This document shows, piece after piece, positions 9,616-17,896 of a stretch of 64,000 bases of DNA. The number at the start of each line of letters is the position of its first letter. Position 1 is the first letter of the stretch. A program made the position numbers and the translations under genes. The stretch comes from Andalucia godoyi And28 (taxonomy: Eukaryota; Protista; Jakobida), in NCBI GenBank assembly GCA_009859145.1, contig VRVR01000008.1, positions 195,494-259,493 of the forward strand. Direction: 5' to 3'. The notes under the pieces were generated by a model that was not told the DNA's origin, did not search any database, and saw only the letters and a program-made list of their open reading frames with translations.

Positions 9616-11193
9616 TTATTCCAAAGAAGTCTCCTTCAGGTTCCTGTACAAGTCTAGGGCGCGCTTTCGCTTCTCTGCGCCAGGAAACGGGGGCGGAGAG
9701 ATCGCTTCCTTCAGAGTAGACGTGATGGTTTTGCGATAGGACCGAAGGTGGCGCAGCTGCTGGCCCTTCCGCTCCATCAGATCAATCACATTCCGGAGTC
9801 GTGACATGAGATCCAGATCGGATGCTTGGAATGAAGATGCGGCTTCCTGTGTCTGTCGCAGAAGCGTCGAGTATTCACGGTTCAGTGTCTCGTACTCTTG
9901 CTCGAGTGAGGAAATGACTTCGTCGATATCCACGTCGGCCCCCATTGCAGAGTTGGCAAGCTTATTCTGCCTTGCAATGATCGACGAGTTCAGGCCACTG
10001 CCAGACAGCGACTCTCTTCGCTGAGAAGACGAAAATGACCCGTTGTTGTTCTTACGGTCCGCTGACTGCTGCTGCGCAGACTCGGGACGAGGGCGATTGG
10101 GAGTTGGTGAAGGTGAGGGCGACGCATTGCGGATCCTATGTCCGTCAATTGCATTTTGCACAACAGCCGTCGTGTGGAACGATGGTCCAGTGTTGGTTCC
10201 AAGGAGGAAAGGAACGTCTTGGTCGAGATTGGCTTGTCTGAGCTTCTCGTGCATATTCCCCAAGTATGTAGAAATGGATGACAAGCTCGGTGGAGGAGGA
10301 CGTGCAGCAACAGCACTGACAGGTCGCTTTTTCGACGCAGCGGAACCGGAGGCCGCAGAGGCTTGAGAGGACGAGCCTGCTCCACCACGCTTCTTAACCG
10401 TCTTCTTTTTCGCTGCCTCCTGCGACTGCTGCTCGAGACTCGTCAATCGATCCACCAGGTGCTCGTTGATGTTGATGATCTCCGTCAAGGCAGTCTCCAA
10501 CTTTGAGTTTCTGGTTTCAAGATCAACACGGTGACTGTGTTCATTGTCGAACGCAGACTGCAAATCCTCGATTTTGTGCTGGCGGTCCTCGACATTCCTC
10601 GTCAGTTCGGAAACTCTGTTCTGCAGTTCACCAACACTGCCTGCTGCAGTCCTTTGTATTGCAGAAAGCTGTGCATCCAGGTCGTCCGATCGAATCTGAT
10701 ACGTCTTCTTTTCACTCTCCAGCGCCCGTGACATATCCTTGTAAAATACAGCATCCTTTTCAAACCCTCGAAGTTGCTCCCGAAGGCTATTCGCAGTTGC
10801 AATCAAGTCGTTTCGCTCACGAGTAAGCACTTCCCGCTCGGAATTCCACGAAGACTGCAACCTCGCGATACGTGACTCGGCCTCTTCACGAGCATCAAAC
10901 GCCGCACGCTTTGTCGACTCGTATGCATCCTTGTAGAACGAGCATTCCGTTTCCAAACGGCGGATCTTGTCCTGGAGAGCGCGGAAAGCGGACGCAACTG
11001 CATGCGAGTTCGAAGCGGATGCGCCGAGATCGATCATGGACCCGCTTGCTCCAAGCTGCGAAGCATTTGGGTTGAACGCCTGCGACTGGCCCGAAGCATG
11101 GTGCGGAAGATCGGCAGTGGAGAGTCTTGAGAGATTGTGCCGAAGCTGGTCAAGTTCATCAGCGGTGTCTCCGCGGTGAATGGAATCTGACAT
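9616..11193 (-). CDS. CEP57: Centrosomal protein CEP57-like
   Basis: Start MSDSIHRG at 11193. AFRALQDKIRRLETE matches the Cep57 centrosome-localisation domain, and IDEVISSLEQEYETL...LIDLMERKGQQL matches the microtubule-binding domain. Confidence 0.75.
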   Translation of the reverse strand: MSDSIHRGDTADELDQLRHNLSRLSTADLPHHASGQSQAFNPNASQLGASGSMIDLGASASNSHAVASAFRALQDKIRRLETECSFYKDAYESTKRAAFDAREEAESRIARLQSSWNSEREVLTRERNDLIATANSLREQLRGFEKDAVFYKDMSRALESEKKTYQIRSDDLDAQLSAIQRTAAGSVGELQNRVSELTRNVEDRQHKIEDLQSAFDNEHSHRVDLETRNSKLETALTEIININEHLVDRLTSLEQQSQEAAKKKTVKKRGGAGSSSQASAASGSAASKKRPVSAVAARPPPPSLSSISTYLGNMHEKLRQANLDQDVPFLLGTNTGPSFHTTAVVQNAIDGHRIRNASPSPSPTPNRPRPESAQQQSADRKNNNGSFSSSQRRESLSGSGLNSSIIARQNKLANSAMGADVDIDEVISSLEQEYETLNREYSTLLRQTQEAASSFQASDLDLMSRLRNVIDLMERKGQQLRHLRSYRKTITSTLKEAISPPPFPGAEKRKRALDLYRNLKETSLE

Positions 11194-11933
11194 TCTGATA
11201 TAACTACACAAAAAGAAAGGCAGGCTCGTTCGCTCGCTTGCACCTTTTTTTTTTCTTTTTCTTTTTCTTTTTTCTTTTTCTTTTTCTTTTTTTTTGAGGG
11301 GGGAGGTGGGGCGCAGAAAAGTGAAATCGAAATGCACTGAGAAAATTGGAAAGGGAAGAAAGTCAGAGAAATACAATCTTTTAATTTAAAAAAACTAAAT
11401 GGAAATACGGAAAGGAAAGGAGGGAAAATAAAAATGGAAGAGTTGAAAAAATAAAACAGTCCGGCGTTGCAGACGGAAATGCAACGGCTGGCAGCTTGGG
11501 TGTTTCAACGATTTTCCTACCGTAGTCAAGTCTAGAAATTTCTTTCATTCTTTCACTTTTTCTTCATTCTATTATTTCTGTATGTTTGTGTTTTTTATAA
11601 TCGAACTCTCAAGCAACACGTTTCATCAAGGACAAGACACATATTTCATGGCTCCAAAGAGGGGTCTTCCTGACAAGCTCAAACTGGCCATGCGCGAAGA
11701 TGCCGAGAGCAAGAAGAAGCGACGGCCCTTTAATGTAAACAAATCTGCATTGAAGAGTTGGTGATCGCCCCCCAATTAAAGAAGCAAAATCAAAACATGT
11801 GGCTTGGACCTGTCTTCGGTGATAGCTTAGCCCGATGGCCAATCATGATTCATGTTTTTGGCGAGCGTCTGCTTCTGTTTTGCTCGTACAACGCTTTAAT
11901 TTGGACAGCGACGAGTCCGCTTGACATGTGTTT

Positions 11934-12001
11934 TGTTCCCCACCGACATCCTCGAATTGAAACAATGTGCAGCAGTTCGCACTTCGCAGGTCCGTCAAGA
12001 G
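11934..12001. repeat. 68-bp dispersed structured repeat, copy 1
   Basis: Reverse complement matches 43437-43504 at 50 of the first 54 nt, with a 29-nt identical core. Confidence 0.9.
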
Positions 12002-12288
12002 CCAGAGCCCAAGAACAAGAAAGGGAATGTTTATTGTTGTTTGTTACCGAGACCTTGGAACTGCGGAACAATCCGTGAACAGACGCGGCAGCTGACAATT
12101 GAAACAAAACAAAAAATAAGAAAGAGAAAACATCGAAGAAGAGTGCAAAAAGCAGAAGAGAGGACGAAGAAGGAAATATAAAGAAGACGTCATCTATACA
12201 ATTAAAATAAAGAGACCGAGCAAAACTATTATTACAGGGTCAAGTAAGACACCGGCAAAGAGAGAAGTACACGGCGAGGACTGCAAGA

Positions 12289-14928
12289 CTACATTGTAGA
12301 AATGATCTTGTCAATCTGCAGACCGACTTCTGGACATTCGACACGCAGCCTTTGAAGCATGGTCTTGATCTTTTGGTTCTTATCTTGCGCCTTTGCAAGT
12401 TCGGAATCGAGAGCGTCTGGAGAAATCTGGCACTGATACTTGCTCTCCTTGATGTCCTGATACTTTTGGATCAAGCGCAGAACGCTGGCCTTTTGTTCAA
12501 TGAGGGCGTACTTGTCAAGACCGAGTCGGTGGACTTGCTGCTCTGCATCCGCCAGCGTTTCGCGCTCCCGATCAACATCCGACGCAAGTGCCGACGCTTG
12601 AGCAGCCAGATCTTGCTGTTGCACATAGGCCTGGCGAATCTGCTGATCGTACTTGGCGGCATTGCTCTTCTCCTTTTCCAGCTCCGAGGCACGCAACGCT
12701 ACATCCCGTTGCAACGAAGCGCGGGTGGCAGCAGCACTGGCTCCACTTTTGGAGGATTGGGTCTGCTTGACAGCGAGCGACGCGCGACCTTTAGTAGCAA
12801 TCATCTCTCGTTTGTAAATCAACTGCTCCATGTCGTCCACCAGCAACTTTTGATCTCGTTGCAACTGTTCGTAACGAACCTGCATGATATGGATTTCTTT
12901 TTTCATCTTTGAAATATCATCCTGTCCGACAGTCGGATCTAAGGCCTCTGCCGTCTCCTTGGACAGGGAAATCTTCTTTTCCCAGAGCATGATCGACCTT
13001 TCCGCTTCGATCAACGAATCCATAATCTGCTTCTTATCCGACCGAATCTGCTCGATTTGCGATCGCAGTCGGATGGATTCATTTTCGAGCTCTCCAAGCT
13101 TCGCTTCAAGAGTGCCTTCCATCTGAAAGTTGACATCTGCGATCGCAGACTGCGTCTTTGCATTGCGCGAGAGTTCTTCGTTCAAGCGTACCATGTCCAA
13201 GTGCATCCGATCCATGTCCTTGGCAAGAACCTTGACATTCTCTTTGTGAGATTCGTGCTCATTCTCCAGACGTGTCCTCTTATGAAGCAACACGTTCTGC
13301 TCAGCTCGCAGAGTCTGCACAGCCTCGGACATTTCGCTGAGTCTGTTGAGGAGCTGAACAAGATCCGTTTGAGCGCGGAGCCACAGGCGCTGTGCGTCGT
13401 CAATTTCCCGTTCAAGGCCTTCAATCTGCCGGCCCATGTTCTTGATGGTTGCTTCCAAAGGACCTGTGTCGGCTTCTTCACCCACTTCTTGCATCCTAGC
13501 GACCAACGCCTCGTATCGTCGATTCAACTTGTCCAACTCTCGCTGCTTCCGTTCCACTTCGTCATTTCGTCGGCGAACCTCAACCTCAAACTTGTCCACG
13601 GAGGCTGCACGCTGCGCCAATTCAGACTCGTATTCCCGAAGAGCGTCCTCAAGAGAATCGTTGTGCGCATGAAGGGTAATGGAGTCCATCCGAATACGAG
13701 CGATCTCATTCTGGACTTGAGCAAGTTCCATTTCTCGGTCGCGCACTTGCTTCTGAATCTTGGACACCTGTCTCATCAGAGAATCTGAGCCCTTCTTGAG
13801 CGCGCTCTCGTCATTAGCAGCCTCTTCAATCTGGGATTGCAAGCCTCGCAACGACGAAGTCTTGAGTTCGATCGACCGCTGTGTTTTGCTGAGCTCCTGC
13901 TGAAGGCGTCGTGCCTCCTGGTCCAATCGCCCCACTTCAGCATCTGTGGATTCAAGCGACCTATGCAGCATCGAGTGTTTGGACGACATTTCTGTACTGG
14001 ACTCTTTGATCTTGGCGATCTGTCCTTCGACGAATTCTTGCTCCGCATGGAGCTTCCGCGACACCTGAACCAGCTGTCCATTTCTTTCCTGCTCCTTCGC
14101 AATTGACCTGTCTAAGCCAACGAGTTCAGATTCCAAGGAAACAACCTGCTCACGTTGCTTTCGAATCGCGTCTTCCGTTGCCCTGAACGCTTCATCTCTG
14201 CGCTGCATTCCAACCAGACTGGATTTCCACTGTCCCATGAGTACCTTCCTGTCGAAGTGGATTGTTGCCATTTCATTCGACGCTTCAGAGAGCGCCTTTC
14301 GTGCAGCATTCGTCTCATTGCGCTGTGCATCCAACTGAGCCTGCAGCGTCGCAAGAGTGTTCTGCTGGTTCTTGATCTGCTCGTGAAGCCCGTCAATTAA
14401 AATGTCCTGTGTCTTCTTTTCCTTTTCCAGCGCACTCACGTCTTGCTCAGCCTTGTACGTCTCTCGCCTCTTGACTGCAATCTGAGAGGCCATTTCAGCA
14501 TTGTATTTTTCAACCTGAACGAGAGTTTCGGCGATACGATCCAGCTCGGATTGGTATCGTTCAAGCTTCCTTTGCTGCTCGTCGCGTTCTCCTTTCTGGG
14601 TCTCATACCGGGACTGAGCTTCCCGGGCCTGCGATTCCACCTCCTCACGAAAACGGATCGCCGCAGAATGTTCCTGATGCAGATTCTCGAGGTTTTCCTG
14701 CAACTTGGCCAACTGCTGCTGAACTCCGTAAAGCTCGGCACCAACAGTGTCCTTCGAAGTCGTCATCCGCTGGAGCTCCGTAGTCTTCTCTCGAAGCTCC
14801 TGTTCAATTCGATCAAGCTCCGTAGACAGCTGCACTTCGACGGTTTTCTGAATCCGCTCAGGAAGGAATGCAAACGGAACATCCGAGCTATCGGAGCCAG
14901 TTGGCGACGACGGTTGATTTCGATCCAT
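12289..14928 (-). CDS. CCDC40: Coiled-coil domain-containing protein 40 (axonemal 96-nm ruler, FAP172)
   Basis: Start MDRNQPSS at 14928. TVGAELYGVQQQLAKLQENLE, LMGQWKSSLVGMQRRDEA, GPLEATIKNM, RSIMLWEKKISLSKET and KKEIHIMQVRYEQL are family-typical blocks. Confidence 0.88.
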   Translation of the reverse strand: MDRNQPSSPTGSDSSDVPFAFLPERIQKTVEVQLSTELDRIEQELREKTTELQRMTTSKDTVGAELYGVQQQLAKLQENLENLHQEHSAAIRFREEVESQAREAQSRYETQKGERDEQQRKLERYQSELDRIAETLVQVEKYNAEMASQIAVKRRETYKAEQDVSALEKEKKTQDILIDGLHEQIKNQQNTLATLQAQLDAQRNETNAARKALSEASNEMATIHFDRKVLMGQWKSSLVGMQRRDEAFRATEDAIRKQREQVVSLESELVGLDRSIAKEQERNGQLVQVSRKLHAEQEFVEGQIAKIKESSTEMSSKHSMLHRSLESTDAEVGRLDQEARRLQQELSKTQRSIELKTSSLRGLQSQIEEAANDESALKKGSDSLMRQVSKIQKQVRDREMELAQVQNEIARIRMDSITLHAHNDSLEDALREYESELAQRAASVDKFEVEVRRRNDEVERKQRELDKLNRRYEALVARMQEVGEEADTGPLEATIKNMGRQIEGLEREIDDAQRLWLRAQTDLVQLLNRLSEMSEAVQTLRAEQNVLLHKRTRLENEHESHKENVKVLAKDMDRMHLDMVRLNEELSRNAKTQSAIADVNFQMEGTLEAKLGELENESIRLRSQIEQIRSDKKQIMDSLIEAERSIMLWEKKISLSKETAEALDPTVGQDDISKMKKEIHIMQVRYEQLQRDQKLLVDDMEQLIYKREMIATKGRASLAVKQTQSSKSGASAAATRASLQRDVALRASELEKEKSNAAKYDQQIRQAYVQQQDLAAQASALASDVDRERETLADAEQQVHRLGLDKYALIEQKASVLRLIQKYQDIKESKYQCQISPDALDSELAKAQDKNQKIKTMLQRLRVECPEVGLQIDKIISTM

Positions 14929-15170
14929 AGTTGCTGCTACTGGATTTGGAAACCTATCGAATGCCAGTGAAAACAAGAAACACACAACAGAAAGAAAATC
15001 AAGAACAAAGAAAGGATTGCTATTCGAAAAAAAGGATAATAATAGTCATAATAATAAAACAAGGAAGAAAGAAAAAGAAAGGGAAAAAGTCTCAAAAAGA
15101 ATCCGAGAAACGAGAATTAAAACGTCACTTTTCCTGTTTCCTTTGTTGATGTTATTGATTGCTTTGGTTT

Positions 15171-15200
<30 letters not shown>
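15171..15200 (+). repeat. (TTG)10 microsatellite
   Basis: Seen directly in the CCDC40/AK divergent intergenic region. Confidence 0.9.
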
Positions 15201-15203
<3 letters not shown>

Positions 15204-15458
15204 TTTGAAGAACGTTGACACTAGATTGGCATCAATTGAGTCCTGATGTGGGAAACAAGGGGCAGTTCAAACGGACGTTGTTTTCTGCAAAATCCTATCT
15301 TTTTCTCAATGTCTCCTTTGTAATGAATGCACCTCTCCGTTTGTTGCTTATGCAATTACTTCTTCTTTTTGTTCTCCTTTTTTTTCTCTTCTCATTCGCC
15401 ACCATTATCATCTTGTTCTGCCCTTCTTGGTATTGTCATCTTGTCGGATCCAGGTACA

Positions 15459-16712
15459 ATGTCCAGCTTACCGCTGTCTGCCGAGGCCAATGGGTACTTG
15501 GAAGCGCATGACATCCGTCCTTTGATGGAACGGATGCTCCGGGAAGTGGTTGTGCACAAGCCGCAAGATCCGATTTCGTTCTTGATTGATCTTCTGCAGC
15601 ACCCTGAGTGCCCTCGAATCATTCTTTCATCGTCGCATCTTGCATCTCCTGTCACAAAAGCAGTCATCGACTTCATTGTGTCTTCCACAAGGGTGTTTCC
15701 TGTTTCACTGGATCAGATCGGAAAGAAGAATGCATCGGACGACCTTGCATTGATGGAATCGACTTCCAACTACATCAAGACGAACAAGGATTGCGCAAAG
15801 TCTGGCTGGCTCTTGATTGGGCTTCCCAAGAATCGAACGCAGGCGCTCAAGTTGCAGGCTCTTGGAGTCCTTCCGACGCATGTCATCAATCTGGATGTGG
15901 CAGGAGAGCAGTCTGTGGAGACACCCGAGGATAACGAAAATCGGAAACAGATGATTGCGTGTTACAAGCCGGAAAGTGTTCGCAATGTCAAGACTGACCA
16001 GAGCACAACCTCAAACAGCAGCGCTGCGGTATTTGAAGAAATCGCAACCTTCGTTCAAAAGCCAGTGAAGCCTCTGCGGACGCAAGGATTGGGAGTCATG
16101 ATTTCTGGTGCGCCTGCTTCTGGGAAGGGTACGCAGTGCGAGCGGATTGTTTCGGAATTCCAGCTGATTCACATCTCCACTGGTGACTTGCTTCGTGACA
16201 ACGTCAAGCGTGGAACCGAACTTGGCGCCAAGGCAAAAGCATTCATGGAAGCCGGCAAGCTGGTTCCCGACCAGATCATCATCGACCTTGTTTTGGATCG
16301 TTTAGCGCAAACCGATTGCAGAAATCAAGGATGGTTGCTGGACGGATTCCCAAGAACACGGAAACAGGCACTGGCTCTTTCTGCTGTTGGTGTATTGCCG
16401 GATCGTTTTGTGCAGCTGGACGTACCGGATTTCTTGCTGGTAGAACGAGTTACTGGTAGAAGGACGGATCCTGCTACTGGGAAGATCTATCACATGAAGT
16501 TCAGCCCTCCAGATTCCAAGGAAGTTGCCGCTAGACTAGTTCAGCGAGCAGATGATAACGAAGAAACGGTGCGCACTCGCCTTCAAGAGTATCACAAGAA
16601 CGCCAAAGAAGTGCTGGAAGAATATGCCGGTCTTGTAAAGCGCTTTGACGGTACTGGCGCTCCAGATGATGTATTCCTGCAAATCAAGGCATACATTCAA
16701 ACTGCAAAGTAG
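15459..16712 (+). CDS. Flagellar-type adenylate kinase with N-terminal Dpy-30/RIIa docking motif, AK8-like
   Basis: YLEAHDIRPLMERMLREVVVHKPQDPISFL docking motif, a degenerate first AK domain, and an intact second domain (GAPASGKGTQC, HISTGDLLR, GWLLDGFPRT, LVQRADD). Confidence 0.88.
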   Translation: MSSLPLSAEANGYLEAHDIRPLMERMLREVVVHKPQDPISFLIDLLQHPECPRIILSSSHLASPVTKAVIDFIVSSTRVFPVSLDQIGKKNASDDLALMESTSNYIKTNKDCAKSGWLLIGLPKNRTQALKLQALGVLPTHVINLDVAGEQSVETPEDNENRKQMIACYKPESVRNVKTDQSTTSNSSAAVFEEIATFVQKPVKPLRTQGLGVMISGAPASGKGTQCERIVSEFQLIHISTGDLLRDNVKRGTELGAKAKAFMEAGKLVPDQIIIDLVLDRLAQTDCRNQGWLLDGFPRTRKQALALSAVGVLPDRFVQLDVPDFLLVERVTGRRTDPATGKIYHMKFSPPDSKEVAARLVQRADDNEETVRTRLQEYHKNAKEVLEEYAGLVKRFDGTGAPDDVFLQIKAYIQTAK

Positions 16713-17185
16713 CGACTGAAGACGACAATTTCTCACTCCTTCTCCTTCTCCTTCTTCTTCTTCTTCTTCTTCTGCTTGCTTTCTTTTCTTTTCTTTTCTT
16801 TCTGTTTTATTTCTTTGTTTCTTTGATTTTTGTGGGGGCTTTCCTCCACTTCTTTTTCCCCCTTTCAGACTTGTGGGATCTGTGACTTTATTCATGTAAA
16901 CCCGCATATTTTCCCCTCGGATTCGGCGATTTCTGCAAGCAACAAGCCCCGCCGTTGGCAATTTTTTTTTTTTGAGTTCTTCTCATCGTGTTTTATCTCG
17001 CTTTCATCATCTTGACAAAAAGCTTTGAAATCCTAACGTAGGATTGTTTCCTGTCCGGTTAGAACAAAATAAAAACGAAATCTGCCTCACTACCACGATT
17101 TTACGTTTTCCTTGTTCTAATATTTCGTTTTGATTTGGCTACTGGTGTCCACAATTCGGATTTGTTGCGAATCGGTCACTCTCAG

Positions 17186-17246
17186 GCCCCCTTAGATGAT
17201 TGACTTTCGTAGGATCGATTATTCATGCAACATTGAATCCACAGCC
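17186..17246 (+). mobile_element. Fanzor-type omegaRNA remnant, second subfamily (FzC), truncated by FzD
   Basis: 17186-17235 is 40/50 identical to 62751-62798, which follows a DRDWNEARN motif. Seven of the eight substitutions are transitions. Confidence 0.7.
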
Positions 17247-17567
17247 CCTACATTATACACTGAGTATGCATATCTACGAATAGACGTGCATATTCAATCT
17301 TGCATCCCGTTGTCGGGAAGCGGATAGGCCCCCAACACGCCTCACGACGCTCTTCAGATAGATGTTCCGCACTCCGTTCCCAATCTCGATCAATCTGCGA
17401 GCTGCACGCGGGACATGCAAAACGCTTTTTTGCTTCCGCCTAAGACGTGCATGGATCTCACCGCAGCGCCCGCACGTTTTGGACGTGTACTCCTCCGTCA
17501 CGATGGCAACATGGCGCTCGCGATACTCGGTCGCCGTATGACACAAACGTTGCAAAAAGTGAAACCA
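17247..17567 (-). pseudogene. Fanzor2/IS607-family TnpB C-terminal pseudogene fragment plus right end (FzD)
   Basis: WFHFLQRLCHTATEY...VAIVTEEYTSKTCGRCGEIHARL. After removing three single bases it reads GGSKKAFACPACSSQIDRDWNGVRNIYLK (RuvC-II Glu, CxxC...CxxC zinc finger, RuvC-III Asp). It is followed by hairpins and terminus TGTATAATGTAGG at 17259-17247. Confidence 0.9.
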
Positions 17568-17896
17568 ACGAATGATAGAATGATAGATGGTTACGGATGT
17601 TGCCTTAAAGGTCGAGCGTGCGTAAGCACGGATTCCTGTGAAGCAAACGTGCTAGTGTCGGCCAGTGTTGATCGTGTCTGTTTATGCATACTTCCGTATG
17701 CATGAAAATGACGGGTTATTATTCAACGGCATGACATGGTGGTGGTGATGAGGGGAGGAAGACAGCGGCAGGACAGACTTTGAAAGACATCATGTACGAC
17801 CCAAAAACAAAAAACAAAAACAGAATTAATTAATTGATAATAAAAATGAAAACAACCTTCGCCATATCTATTACTTTCAGAAGCTCGAGAAGATTT

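Noticed and set aside
15452-15463. GGTACAATGT resembling the element terminus
   Set aside because: It coincides with the AK start codon, lacks AGG and has no upstream scaffold, so it is a chance match.
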